Positions 1 through 9,770 of a stretch of 64,000 nucleotides of DNA are shown one piece after another; position 1 is the first letter of the stretch; every line of letters begins with the position of its first letter. The DNA is from an uncultured Acidobacteriota bacterium (GTDB lineage: Bacteria > Acidobacteriota > Vicinamibacteria > Vicinamibacterales > 2-12-FULL-66-21): the NCBI GenBank assembly GCA_963725335.1, contig CAVRYD010000014.1, positions 698,598-762,597 of the forward strand, written 5' to 3'. Position numbers and translations under genes: made by a program. A model generated the notes under the pieces. It searched no databases and was not told where the DNA came from. It saw only the letters and a list, made by a program, of their open reading frames with translations.

Positions 1-275
1 CGCGCCTGATCGATGAGCCCTGTGTGCACGTGTGAGACGAAGCCGAGGGTTCGTATCGACGACAGGTCCGCGTCATGTTTCAGTGCGGCGATCGTCTCAA
101 CCGGATTCGCTTTAGCGCTGTTCAAGTCGAAGATCACCAGCGAAGGTCGGAGAGTGCGGGCCTGCTCGAGAATCTCGGGCGGCGTTCTGGCAAAAACAAG
201 GTCGACGCCCGCTTGCTTCGCGGTCGTTCGAATCTTCGAGCTGAAAAGAAGGTCGTCGACGGCCGCGAGGATCAT
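1..275 (-). CDS. response-regulator receiver (CheY-like) domain protein, 5' part only (runs off window start)
   Basis: Absent from the ORF track because no stop lies in the window. Hand translation of the minus strand from ATG 275-273 gives MILAAVDDLLFSSKIRTTAKQAGVDLVFARTPPEILEQARTLRPSLVIFDLN, with the acidic DD pocket and VIFDL phospho-acceptor pattern of REC domains. Confidence 0.5.
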   Translation of the reverse strand, partial: MILAAVDDLLFSSKIRTTAKQAGVDLVFARTPPEILEQARTLRPSLVIFDLNSAKANPVETIAALKHDADLSSIRTLGFVSHVHTGLIDQA

Positions 276-293
276 TCCGAAATCATAGCGCAG

Positions 294-1025
294 TTACTTC
301 GAAGGCACTGCCGGCAGCTCCCCGAGCATCAGTGGCTTCGTCGCTCGCGCCGGCAGCGGCTCTGCCGCGTACAGCGCGCGTGTATTGGCGATCGCTGACA
401 CGATGAACGTCACGACCAGGCCGACGATGGCGACCGCGCCGCCGATGTCGAACAACCGGTAGTCGGATCCCGCAATATGGACCATGTCGGATTGCATCAG
501 CCGGAGCGAACCGATCGCGAGGAGTATGCGCAGTTCGGTTGGCCCGAACTTCCAGAACGAGATCCGGAAGACGCCGACGGCATGTGTGGCGAGCGCGATC
601 TCGATCATCAGCAGATAGTACGCAAGCAGAAAACCTCCGCCGATCGCGATGCTCATATGCCCGCCCAGAACGAGGCCCGCGAAGACGAACAGGATGCAGA
701 GCACGTCGAGCACATGATCGACATAGAAGCCATAGCGCGGGCGTTCATGATGGCGGACCCGCGCCAGCGTGCCATCGAGGCTGTCGCCAAACCAGTTGAC
801 GGCCAGCAGAACGATCGAGGTCAGCAGCGCTGCCGGCGACCCTTGCCAGTAGCAGATGCCGGCTCCGAGCATGGAGATTCCGGCCAGCACCGTCAGGTGA
901 TCAGAATTGATGGCCGCCGGCATCCGTTGGGCCATCCAGATCAGGCACCGCTTTTCCAGCGCCGCCAGCAGACTATCGTGTGCGCGCCGGGCTTCCTTAT
1001 AGGTGGGTTCAGGGTGGTTCGTCAT
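294..1025 (-). CDS. CDP-alcohol phosphatidyltransferase family protein
   Basis: 243-aa ORF. Family signature D-x2-D-G-x2-A-R...G-x3-D-x3-D is present as DSLDGTLARVRHHERPRYGFYVDHVLD, with several hydrophobic TM segments. Confidence 0.85.
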   Translation of the reverse strand: MTNHPEPTYKEARRAHDSLLAALEKRCLIWMAQRMPAAINSDHLTVLAGISMLGAGICYWQGSPAALLTSIVLLAVNWFGDSLDGTLARVRHHERPRYGFYVDHVLDVLCILFVFAGLVLGGHMSIAIGGGFLLAYYLLMIEIALATHAVGVFRISFWKFGPTELRILLAIGSLRLMQSDMVHIAGSDYRLFDIGGAVAIVGLVVTFIVSAIANTRALYAAEPLPARATKPLMLGELPAVPSK

Positions 1026-1072
1026 CTTGCTTGAGAATGCGAAAATGGGGGCGGAAACAGCTCAGAGGGCCA

Positions 1073-1717
1073 ATGATTCTCGAAATACGCGCCGTTCCTC
1101 CGTTCTTCAAGAATGGCTTCGTCGTCGGCTGCGAGGAGACTCGCGAGGGGATTGTCATCGATCCGGGTGATGAGGTTGACGAGCTGCTGGCGGCGGTCAG
1201 CCAGCACGACCTCAGAATCCGTTTCATCCTGCTGACTCACGCCCATATCGATCACATTACCGGCGTGGGCGCTGCGAAAAGGGCTCTCGAGGTTCCCGTG
1301 GGCCTCCACAAGGCTGACCTTTTTCTCTACAACTCGGTGGCCCAGCAAGGGCAGATGCTGGGCGTCCGCGCGGACCCGCAGCCGGACGTCGACTTTTTCT
1401 ACGAAGGCGCTGGTCCCTGGCGATTTGGCCGCTACGGGGCGTGGGTGCATCACACCCCTGGGCATTGCCCCGGAGGCGTGTGCCTGGCGGTGGGCCGTGA
1501 CGGCGAAAGCACCCGCACCCTGTTCGTGGGCGACACGCTCTTTGCGGGATCGATCGGCCGCGTGGATTTGCCCGGAGGCGACCTCTCGACGCTCCTGAAC
1601 TCTATCCGGAACGTTCTCTTTGCATTTCCCGACGACACGGTGGTGTATCCCGGTCACGGCGAGCCGACGACGATTGGCATCGAGAAGCGCACTAATCCCT
1701 TTCTCGTTCAGAGTTAG
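1073..1717 (+). CDS. MBL-fold metallo-hydrolase (glyoxalase II-like)
   Basis: ORF track gives 980..1717. The first 31 codons overlap the divergent gene, so I moved the start to ATG 1073 (MILEIRAVPP). HxHxDH metal motif is present as THAHIDH. Confidence 0.8.
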   Translation: MILEIRAVPPFFKNGFVVGCEETREGIVIDPGDEVDELLAAVSQHDLRIRFILLTHAHIDHITGVGAAKRALEVPVGLHKADLFLYNSVAQQGQMLGVRADPQPDVDFFYEGAGPWRFGRYGAWVHHTPGHCPGGVCLAVGRDGESTRTLFVGDTLFAGSIGRVDLPGGDLSTLLNSIRNVLFAFPDDTVVYPGHGEPTTIGIEKRTNPFLVQS

Positions 1718-1747
1718 GGAGCGGCACTGTCACTGGTAGCCGCGACG

Positions 1748-2038
1748 TTATTCGCGGCTCACGACGAGCTCGACGCGGCCGACGCCCAGCCGGTCGCCTT
1801 CTTTCAGGGTGGATCGGGTCACGCGTGTGCCGTTCACGAACGTGCCGTTCGTGCTATCGAGGTCGTCGACCTGAAGTTCGGTGGCCCCCGCGCTCAGCCT
1901 GCAGTGCAGCCGCGACACCATGGCGGCATCGACGATGAACTGCGCGCCGGGTGAGCGACCGATGGTCTTGATGTTCCCGGGAAGAATGCGGAATGTGAAG
2001 GGTTCGTGCGCCTCATCGGCGCCGCTGAGTATCCACAT
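1748..2038 (-). CDS. stand-alone FHA domain protein
   Basis: 96-aa ORF with the FHA core GRSPGAQFIV...SRLHCRL...DSTNGTFVNG. It starts 6 nt after the pntA-like stop. Confidence 0.8.
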   Translation of the reverse strand: MWILSGADEAHEPFTFRILPGNIKTIGRSPGAQFIVDAAMVSRLHCRLSAGATELQVDDLDSTNGTFVNGTRVTRSTLKEGDRLGVGRVELVVSRE

Positions 2039-2044
2039 CGCGTG

Positions 2045-3178
2045 CTAGGCTGCGGCAACGCGCGCGTGCACGACGGCGCCGCCTCGTGTCAGCAGGGTCT
2101 CCCGCGTGATTTCGTCCTCGGCATTGATTGGCAGCGACGGTTGCGCCGAACCATCCTTGCCGAGCAGGTGAGAGAGGAAGGTGGTGATGTTCTTCGAGTA
2201 CATCTGGCTCGCGTGATAGGGAGCGAGCGCTGGCGGATTGGACGGCCCTAGAATGGTCACGCCACGATGCACCACGACCTCGTCCGGCTTCGTCAGCTCG
2301 CAGTTGCCGCCGCGTTCCGCCGCGAGATCGACGACGACCGAACCGGGTGCCATGGCTTCGACCATTTCGGTTGTCAGCAGAATCGGCGCGGGTTTTCCCG
2401 GAATGAGCGCGGTCGTGATGACGACGTCGCTTGCCGCGACGACCTTCAGCATCATTTCGCGCTGGCGTTTGTAGAAGGCCTCGTCCTGAGCCTTGGCGTA
2501 GCCGCCTTTGTCTTCGGCGTCGCCAGCCTCGAGCGGAAGCTCGACGAACCGCGCCCCGAGGCTCTGCACCTGCTCCTTCACCGCGGGGCGCACGTCGTAG
2601 GCTTCGACCTTGGCTCCCAATCGCCTGGCAGTCGAAATCGCCTGAAGACCGGCGACGCCCGCGCCCATGATGAACACGCGCGCTGGTGAAATCGTGCCGG
2701 CCGCGGTCATCAGCATCGGAAACATCCGCGGCAAGGTTGTGGCCGCGAGGAGCACGCCTTTGTAGCCGGCGATCGTCGCCATCGACGACAACGCGTCCAT
2801 GCTTTGCGCGCGGGTGATACGCGGCATCAGCTCCATCGAGAAAAGGTTGATCCCCGTCGGAGCCAGCTGACGAATGACTCCAGGGTTGCCAAGCGGATCG
2901 GCAAAGCCGATGACCGTCTGTCCGCTCCGAAGAACGGACGCATCGGCCGGCGTGGCACGAACCTGCAGAACGATGTCCGACGTGCTGAAGAGCTCAGGAC
3001 GCGGCACGACAGCCGCGCCCTGCGAGCGGTAGTCGCCGTCGGGAAAGCCGGCGGCTGTCCCTGCCCCCGATTCCACAACGACCTGAAGTCCGGACTTGAT
3101 AAGGCCCGGCACCGCCGACGGAATCACGGCGACGCGGGTCTCACCCGGCCACGTCTCTTTTGGAATGCCGACTCTCAT
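2045..3178 (-). CDS. pntA: NAD(P) transhydrogenase alpha subunit part 1 (PntAA/dI-like)
   Basis: ORF track 2045..3808 is over-extended, since it overlaps the 3199..4896 gene in another frame. The conserved N-terminus MRVGIPKETWPGETRVA begins at ATG 3178. NAD site GAGVAGLQA; 377 aa; length divisible by 3. Confidence 0.85.
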   Translation of the reverse strand: MRVGIPKETWPGETRVAVIPSAVPGLIKSGLQVVVESGAGTAAGFPDGDYRSQGAAVVPRPELFSTSDIVLQVRATPADASVLRSGQTVIGFADPLGNPGVIRQLAPTGINLFSMELMPRITRAQSMDALSSMATIAGYKGVLLAATTLPRMFPMLMTAAGTISPARVFIMGAGVAGLQAISTARRLGAKVEAYDVRPAVKEQVQSLGARFVELPLEAGDAEDKGGYAKAQDEAFYKRQREMMLKVVAASDVVITTALIPGKPAPILLTTEMVEAMAPGSVVVDLAAERGGNCELTKPDEVVVHRGVTILGPSNPPALAPYHASQMYSKNITTFLSHLLGKDGSAQPSLPINAEDEITRETLLTRGGAVVHARVAAA

Positions 3179-3198
3179 CGCTGAAAGTGTAGTCGATC

Positions 3199-4896
3199 TT
3201 ACTTCTTCAACCACTCCGCAATCGTTTTCGCAACCGCTGGCGTGACGGTTTTGTCGGGCAGCGAGGAGTACTCCGACACATCTCCGGTCTGTGCCGGCGT
3301 CAGAAGATGGTTGATTCCCGGGAGATGAACGGCTTCGACCGGGGGCGACTTCTTGCGCGTGCGCGCCAGCGCGGCGAGCTGGTCGGCGTGATGCGGGAAC
3401 ACCTGCTGATCGAGATCCCCCTGAATGATGAGGATCGGCTGCTCGATCTTCTGCATCACTTTCGCCGGATCGAAGAGCAAGAGGCTTCGAAACCAGGCAG
3501 TGTCTGCCTGCTCGCGAAGATCGGGCGGAATCGACTCCCATCCCTTTTCGGTGATGACCGCCGACTGGATCCGGGTCTGGAGCTCGATCTTTGCCTGTCG
3601 ATCGGCCTCTGATGCATTCATCACATCGAGCGCGTGCCGCTGCTGCTCCAGGATCAGGTCCGACCCGGGTGTTCCGGGCGCGGCGATCAGAATGAGCGAC
3701 GCGATCCGCTTTTCGTTCGATGCCGCCAGCATCGCGACGGCGCCCCCTTCGCTGTGGCCGGCGACCGCGATTCTTGGAGAGTCCACATCCGGGCGTTTCG
3801 CGAGCCACCTGACGGCGGTGATCAGGTCATCGGCGTAATCCTGCAGCGTCGCCCGCTCGTTGCGTCCTCCGCTCTGACCGACTCCTCGCTTGTCGTAGCG
3901 AAGCACCAGGAATCCCTGATCCGCAAGCCCGCGCGCGATCTGCGCGAAAATCGGAACGCCCGCGACGACTTCGTCGCGGTCCACCGAGCCTGACCCCGAC
4001 ACCAGCACGACCGCCGCCAGGCGCAGCTTTCCGAGCCCGGTGGGGGTCGTCAATGTGCCGGCCAGGCTGAAACCGGTTGCGGGAATAATCACGTCGGTAT
4101 CATTCGGATTGCGCACCGGCTGTGAACGCACCGCGACCCCCGCCAGGTCGGATCGGATCACGCGCAGACCCGCGCTGGGTATTTCCACGCGGACCAGCCG
4201 GGCCCGCGAATCGATCGTCACGCTCGCATCGAGCGGACGTCCGGGGTTCTGAAACACCAGGTCGTAGCGGCGAGCAGCGATGAGCCCAGCTGGCGAAGAA
4301 ATCTGCTCGATGCTCATGCCTTTGACGTTGACGACGACTTCCCCCTGCGGTGCGACGTAGGCATGAAGCTCGGCGCCCGGCTGCGACCCCGACAGCCGCG
4401 CCGCCAGCGCCTCGTACCCCGCGAAGAACGAGTTCGGAAGGACGATCGTCCTCGCCGAGACCTGATCGGTCTTCGACGTTGTGGTCCCGTTCTGCGTGAT
4501 CTCGTTGATCGCGGTTGTCACACCGAACGACGTCGCGAGCATGAGGGGTCGACCGGATTGCGTGGCCTCGATATGGAGATCGACCGGTTGCCAGTCAGCG
4601 GTGTATTTCACCTCGAACCGGTTGACCGTCATGCTCACGGGTGCGCCGAACTGCGCGGTCGACGAGATGACCCACGTCGATCCCGACCGCGCGACTCGAG
4701 CGTGCTCGATCCCGACACGGCTTCCGGACATAAAGATGGTGAATTCGATATCACCTTCCGCGGGGGAGCCGGCCGGAGCCTCTGCAGCTGTCTGCTGAGG
4801 TCCTGAGACCCGCGCGCCTGCCCGCAGCGCCGCGGACAGGACTGTCGCAAGCATGGCGGACAGCGCTACCGCAGTAAAATGTCGTACTGATTGCAT
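3199..4896 (-). CDS. secreted alpha/beta hydrolase (serine hydrolase)
   Basis: 565-aa ORF with an N-terminal signal-like segment (AVALSAMLATVLSAALRAGA) and the nucleophile elbow GHSEGG in the C-terminal alpha/beta-hydrolase domain. Confidence 0.8.
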   Translation of the reverse strand: MQSVRHFTAVALSAMLATVLSAALRAGARVSGPQQTAAEAPAGSPAEGDIEFTIFMSGSRVGIEHARVARSGSTWVISSTAQFGAPVSMTVNRFEVKYTADWQPVDLHIEATQSGRPLMLATSFGVTTAINEITQNGTTTSKTDQVSARTIVLPNSFFAGYEALAARLSGSQPGAELHAYVAPQGEVVVNVKGMSIEQISSPAGLIAARRYDLVFQNPGRPLDASVTIDSRARLVRVEIPSAGLRVIRSDLAGVAVRSQPVRNPNDTDVIIPATGFSLAGTLTTPTGLGKLRLAAVVLVSGSGSVDRDEVVAGVPIFAQIARGLADQGFLVLRYDKRGVGQSGGRNERATLQDYADDLITAVRWLAKRPDVDSPRIAVAGHSEGGAVAMLAASNEKRIASLILIAAPGTPGSDLILEQQRHALDVMNASEADRQAKIELQTRIQSAVITEKGWESIPPDLREQADTAWFRSLLLFDPAKVMQKIEQPILIIQGDLDQQVFPHHADQLAALARTRKKSPPVEAVHLPGINHLLTPAQTGDVSEYSSLPDKTVTPAVAKTIAEWLKK

Positions 4897-4922
4897 CTAT
4901 TCAGGATACCAGTACGTTCGCC

Positions 4923-5969
4923 ATGTCTTTAGAGACCGAATATCAGGCGCTCCATCACGCGGCGGGGATCGTGGACCGATCGCATCGGGGGAGGCTTCTC
5001 CTTACGGGCGCGGACCGGCGTTCGTATCTCCAGGGCCTTCTCTCGAACGACATCGAGGCGCTTGCGCAAGGCTCCGGCTGCTATGCCGCGTACCTGACAC
5101 CGCAGGGCAGGATGATCGCCGACATGCGCGTATTCGAGACCGGACAGAGCCTGCTCGTCGATCTCGGCGGCTCTCTGGCCCAATCGGTCGCGGCGCGCTG
5201 GTCGCAGTTCGTCTTCAGCGAAGACGTTCAGATCACCAACGAGTCGACATCGACTGCGGAGATCGGGACCTACGGACCCTTCGCCGCGCACGTGGTCGCG
5301 GGTGTGTTCACTGGCGCTGCCGGCGCGCGGATCACAGAACTCGAAGAGACCCTCCGATCTCTTCCGCCGATGGGGAATCGTCAGTGGGACCTGACGGGAT
5401 CGAAGGCATACGTCCTTGCGAGCGACGACATCGGCGTCCCTGGCTTCGACCTCGTCGTGCCAACCAACCTGAAGAGTGATCTGGTCGCGATGCTCGGACG
5501 CGCTGGCGCCGTGACGATCGGCCACGACGCTGCGGAAGCTTCGCGCATCGAGGCAGGCAGGCCTCTCTTCGGCGTCGATATGCACGACGACACCATTCCT
5601 CTCGAAGCCGGCATCGAAGATCGAGCGATCAGCCTCACGAAAGGATGCTACGTCGGGCAGGAAGTCATCATCCGTGTGCTCCATCGCGGCCATGGCCGTG
5701 TCGCCCGAAGGCTTGTTGGCATCATGTTCGAGCGAGGGAGCGCGGTGCCGTCGGCCGGCGATCGCATCGCGATTTCGGGCCGTGAGATCGGCGCGATCAC
5801 GAGCGCGGTGGAGTCCCCTGCGCTCGGTCGTCCGATTGCGCTCGCATATGTGCATCGCGATTTCGTACAGCCCGGAACCGTGGTTGATGTGGGTGCGCGC
5901 ACTGGTGAGATCGCGCGTCTCCCGTTCGTCCCGGCGGCAAACCAGAGCGATCGGGTCGCTGTCGAGTGA
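4923..5969 (+). CDS. ygfZ: YgfZ/GcvT-family folate-binding protein
   Basis: 348-aa ORF. N-terminus resembles aminomethyltransferase-fold proteins (GIVDRSHRGRLLLTGADRRSYLQGLLSNDI) and carries the YgfZ signature KGCYVGQE. Confidence 0.8.
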   Translation: MSLETEYQALHHAAGIVDRSHRGRLLLTGADRRSYLQGLLSNDIEALAQGSGCYAAYLTPQGRMIADMRVFETGQSLLVDLGGSLAQSVAARWSQFVFSEDVQITNESTSTAEIGTYGPFAAHVVAGVFTGAAGARITELEETLRSLPPMGNRQWDLTGSKAYVLASDDIGVPGFDLVVPTNLKSDLVAMLGRAGAVTIGHDAAEASRIEAGRPLFGVDMHDDTIPLEAGIEDRAISLTKGCYVGQEVIIRVLHRGHGRVARRLVGIMFERGSAVPSAGDRIAISGREIGAITSAVESPALGRPIALAYVHRDFVQPGTVVDVGARTGEIARLPFVPAANQSDRVAVE

Positions 5970-5993
5970 CGTGGGATCTGAGATCGAGTCGAG

Positions 5994-7228
5994 GTGAACG
6001 CTGCTGGCAATCCTGCTCGTTCAGCTGATTGTCATCATCTCGGCCGGACGGCTCATGGGGCTGTTGTTCCGACGGCTGGGCCAGACTGCGGTGATCGGCG
6101 AAATGTTCGCCGGAGTCCTGCTCGGTCCGTCGCTGCTCGGTCAGCTGTCGCCGTCGACGGAACTGCGCCTTTTCCCTCCGGCATCGCTCCCGCCGCTGTT
6201 TCTCCTCAGTCAGCTCGGCATCGTGCTCTTCATGTTCATCGTCGGTCTCGACGTCGACGTCATTCGGCTTCGCCGCCGCGCGGGAGCGACGGTCTTCATC
6301 AGCACGACGGGCATCATTGTGCCTTTCTCGCTCGGCATCGGGCTTTCATGGTACCTGCACGATCGGTATGCGCCTCCAGGCGTGCCATACCTGACGTTCG
6401 CGCTGTTCGTCGGCATTGCCATGAGCATTACCGCGTTCCCCGTACTCGCGCGTATTGTCGCTGAGCGTGGTCTCAAGGACACCGATCTCGGCAACACGGC
6501 AGTGGGCTGTGCCGCAATCGACGACGTGACCGCCTGGTGTCTGCTGGCGCTGGCGCTGGCGATCGGCCAGGGTCACGGGTTCGGACCACCGCTGGTGGCC
6601 GTGACGCTCACGGCAGCCGTGGCGTTCACCGCGCTCGTGGTCGTCCGCTCGCGTGCGACGCAGTTCTTTGGTCGTGCCGACGTCGGAGGCGTGTCAAGGG
6701 GCACGCTGCTGCGGACGCTGCTGTTTCTCTTCGCCGCTGCGCTTTCAACCGAGGCCATCGGCGTGCACGCGTTGTTTGGCGCCTTCCTCGCCGGCGTCGC
6801 CGTCGCTGGTGCCGAATCGTTGCGCGAGCCGCTGCGCGAGGCGATTGAGCCGATGGCCTCGACGTTGCTGCTCCCGCTTTTCTTCGCGTACTCCGGCCTG
6901 CGAACCGAAGTTGGCGCGTTGTCCGGCACTGCATGGATTGCGTGCGGCTTCGTACCTGGTTGCGGCGGTGGCCGGAAAGTTCGGCGCGATCTCCCTCGCC
7001 GCGCGCTTTCAGGGATTTCCGTGGCGCGACTGCGTTGCGCTCGGAGCGCTGATGAACACGCGCGGGCTGATGGAGCTGGTGGTCCTCAACATCGGCTACG
7101 ACCTCGGGATTCTCTCGCCGCCGATGTACACGATGATGGTGATCATGGCGCTGACGACGACGTGCATGGCGGGACCGGTGCTCGCGGTGCTCGAGAGCGG
7201 CCGAGCGAGGTCTGCCAGGGTCCTGTAG
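5994..7228 (+). pseudogene. cation:proton antiporter (CPA2/Kef-type), frame broken twice (+1 each)
   Basis: ORF-track pieces 6055..7236 (N-terminal part good to ...SGTAWIA) and 6653..7228 (C-terminal part ...[21 protein letters not shown]...[18 protein letters not shown]). Deleting one g at 6946-6947 joins them. Deleting one a at 5997-5998 links GTG 5994 to [30 protein letters not shown]. 1235 nt minus 2 is a multiple of 3. May be assembly error. Confidence 0.75.
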
Positions 7229-7292
7229 GGCGATAAGAACGCGAGCCCAGAGTGGAGTGGTAGGGCGGAGTCCTGAGACCCCGCCGTCTTCG

Positions 7293-8348
7293 CTACGCGA
7301 GTGCGTCGGCGGACTTCGCGCCGTAGAACTCGTACCAGGGGTGCGCGGCTTTCAGCCGCTCGTTGACGTTCTGAATGTTCTTCACACCCTCGTCTTCCAG
7401 CCATTTTCGGAACGCCGTTCCGCCCTGCTTGCCGTAAACGGCGATGCCGTCTTTCCACGTCGCCCGGCCGCAGAGGACCCCGGAAAACTTCGTTCCCGCC
7501 TCTGCGGCGAGTTCCAGGGCTTCGGTGAACTCGGGATTGCTCACGCCGGCCGACAGATAGATGAACGGTTTCGTGGACACCTGCGCCGCCCGGCGGAAGT
7601 GCTCCATGGCTTCCTGCTTCGTATAGGCATGCTGTCCGCTCGAGACCTTCGCGCCCTGGACGTACTTCATGTTGACCGGCACTTCAACCTTCATGACGTC
7701 AACACCGTAGCGATCCTTCGTGAATTCCTTCATCGCCCCGATGACGATCTCCGGCTTCTTTTTCGCGTATTCGAGGCCTTTCTCGTCCGCTCCTTCCTCG
7801 TAGCCGACGAACTCGAGGAAGAACGGTATGTCGTTCGCGCGGCACTCGTCGCCGATCCGTTCGACCCAGGCTTGTTTGTGGTTGTTGATCGCCTGCGGGT
7901 CGAAAGGTGTGTAGTACAGGAGAATCTTCAGACAGTCAGCCCCCGCCTCTTTCAAGCGGCGAACGGACCAATCGTCCAGCAGATCGGGAAGCCGACCCGG
8001 CGTATTGGCGTCATAGCCGGTCTTCTCGTACGCCAGCAGCAGGCCCGAGCCTGGCGCTCTGCGCTTGCTCGCTGGAAGGCCCCATTCGGGATCGAGAAGA
8101 ATGGCGCTCGCGTGCCTGGTCAGCACCTCCGTGACGAGGGTTTTGAACTCCTCCATTTCCCGATCGCTGACGTCCGCCCCTTTCTCCTTGGCGAGCGATT
8201 TCTTCAGAGAGCCGCGCTGATCCATGGCCGCCGCCGCAATTACGCCGCGATCGTTCGAGACCGCCTTCATTCCCGCAAGCTTGCCCGCTGTGATTTTCAC
8301 GTTCGCTGTCTCCCCAAGCCGTTTCTGAGCCGCAGATGAAACCGTCAT
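7293..8348 (-). CDS. tagatose-1,6-bisphosphate aldolase-like (LacD family class I aldolase)
   Basis: 351-aa ORF. The N-terminal region KAVSNDRGVIAAAAMDQRGSLKKSL matches the LacD-family pattern (ALAFDQRGALK) as I recall it. Its start overlaps the thiI stop. Confidence 0.7.
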   Translation of the reverse strand: MTVSSAAQKRLGETANVKITAGKLAGMKAVSNDRGVIAAAAMDQRGSLKKSLAKEKGADVSDREMEEFKTLVTEVLTRHASAILLDPEWGLPASKRRAPGSGLLLAYEKTGYDANTPGRLPDLLDDWSVRRLKEAGADCLKILLYYTPFDPQAINNHKQAWVERIGDECRANDIPFFLEFVGYEEGADEKGLEYAKKKPEIVIGAMKEFTKDRYGVDVMKVEVPVNMKYVQGAKVSSGQHAYTKQEAMEHFRRAAQVSTKPFIYLSAGVSNPEFTEALELAAEAGTKFSGVLCGRATWKDGIAVYGKQGGTAFRKWLEDEGVKNIQNVNERLKAAHPWYEFYGAKSADALA

Positions 8349-9517
8349 TTTACATCAGGGAATTCGAAGTCCTCCACGATCGCGGCTGCGGTCGCCCGAT
8401 CCACGATCTCGGCAACTGGAAGCGTCGCCTCCGCGCTTTCAACATCTCGCGCGCGTGCCTTCGTGGCGGGATGCCGCGGCGTGAACAGCGTGCAGCAATC
8501 CTGGTCGGGGATAATCGAGATGGGATAAGTCCCCAGGCGCTGCGCCTCGGCGGTGATCTCGTCCTTGTCCATGCCGATGAGCGGGCGCAGCACCGGAAGC
8601 GAGACCACGCTGTTGATCGACGCGAGATTCTCGAGTGTCTGCGAGGCGACCTGCCCGACTACCTCTCCGGTCACGAGGGCCTGGGCGCGGTGGGCCCTGC
8701 CGATGCGTTCGGCGATTCTCATCATCAGGCGCCGGTAGACGACCACGCGCAGGGGCGGCGGCACGCTGAGCGTCACCCGCTGCTGGATTTCTCCGAACGG
8801 CACCAGGAACAGTCGAGAATGGAATTGGAACCGCGCGAGGAGCCGGGCCAGTTCACGCGTCTTTTCCTGCGAGGCACGCGAAAGGATCGGATAGCTGTGA
8901 AAGTGCACCAGCAGGACACGGCAGCCGCGCCGCATCAGCCGCCACGCCGCGATCGGTGAGTCGATGCCGCCGGAGAGCAGGCACGCCACCCGCCCACTCA
9001 CTCCCACCGGCATGCCACCGGCCCCCTGCTCCTTTCCAAAATAATAGAACGCGTCGTCGGTCAGCGCTTCGACGTGGATGGTGAACTCCGGATCATCCAG
9101 GTCCACCGTCCATCCCTTCGCCTCCTTGATGCGGCCGCCAACTTCGCGTTCGATTTGCGGCGAAGTCAACGGGAATCTCTTGTCCGCCCGCCGCGCCGAT
9201 ACTCGAAAGGTACGCGGATTCGGTCGGCCGTCGAGATCGGCGAGGATGGCGGCGGCGATCGCATCCACGTCCAGCGCGGCGCGCCCCGCCTGCGCAAAGT
9301 TCGCCACGCCAAAGACCCGCGCCAGACGATCGCGTACCGCCGGAAAGTCAGTGTTCTCTTCGAGCACCACCTCGATGCGTCCCATCAGGACCCGCACCTC
9401 GCGCACCCCGACATCAGACGTCGCAAGCCGCAGGTTGCGAACGAGCCGCGCGATGAACCAGGGGCGGTTGTTGCCCTTTAGGGCTATTTCCTGGTAATGG
9501 ACGACAACTGACTTCAT
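8345..9517 (-). CDS. thiI: tRNA 4-thiouridine synthase ThiI
   Basis: 390-aa ORF with a THUMP-like N-terminus (VVHYQEIALKGNNRPWF) and the PP-loop SGGIDSPIAAW. Confidence 0.9.
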   Translation of the reverse strand: MKSVVVHYQEIALKGNNRPWFIARLVRNLRLATSDVGVREVRVLMGRIEVVLEENTDFPAVRDRLARVFGVANFAQAGRAALDVDAIAAAILADLDGRPNPRTFRVSARRADKRFPLTSPQIEREVGGRIKEAKGWTVDLDDPEFTIHVEALTDDAFYYFGKEQGAGGMPVGVSGRVACLLSGGIDSPIAAWRLMRRGCRVLLVHFHSYPILSRASQEKTRELARLLARFQFHSRLFLVPFGEIQQRVTLSVPPPLRVVVYRRLMMRIAERIGRAHRAQALVTGEVVGQVASQTLENLASINSVVSLPVLRPLIGMDKDEITAEAQRLGTYPISIIPDQDCCTLFTPRHPATKARARDVESAEATLPVAEIVDRATAAAIVEDFEFPDVK

Positions 9518-9522
9518 CGATC

Positions 9523-9770
9523 GCGGATTGCGGATTGAAGATTGCGGATTTTGTGATGGCCGATTGTCGATTGAGATTGCTGATTGTCGATTGAGATTGC
9601 CAATTTACGATTGTATGGCCGAATCGGCCGGCTCAGAGGCCAATCGCCATTCCAATCAGCAATCGTCAATCCAAGTCAGCAATCGTCAATCCAAATCAGC
9701 AGTCCGCAATCTCAATCCGCAATCCGCAATCAAGAAATCCGCAATCTTCAATCCGCAATCAGCAATTCTT
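9523..9770. repeat. heptamer-phased imperfect palindrome (GATTGNN units / NNCAATC units)
   Basis: Left arm is built of GATTGCG/GATTGAA-type 7-mers and the right arm of their complements. The outer 26 nt are perfect inverted repeats: GATTGCGGATTGAAGATTGCGGATTT at 9526-9551 versus its reverse complement at 9735-9760. The centre lies near 9620-9640. Confidence 0.85.

Noticed and set aside
3179-3808. N-terminal 210-aa extension of the pntA-like ORF (track 2045..3808)
   Set aside because: It is Arg-rich low-complexity sequence and overlaps the well-supported hydrolase gene 3199..4896 in another frame. The conserved PntA N-terminus starts at 3178.
7257-8339. 360-aa + strand ORF
   Set aside because: It is antisense to the LacD-like aldolase gene, which has a convincing family pattern and operon context.
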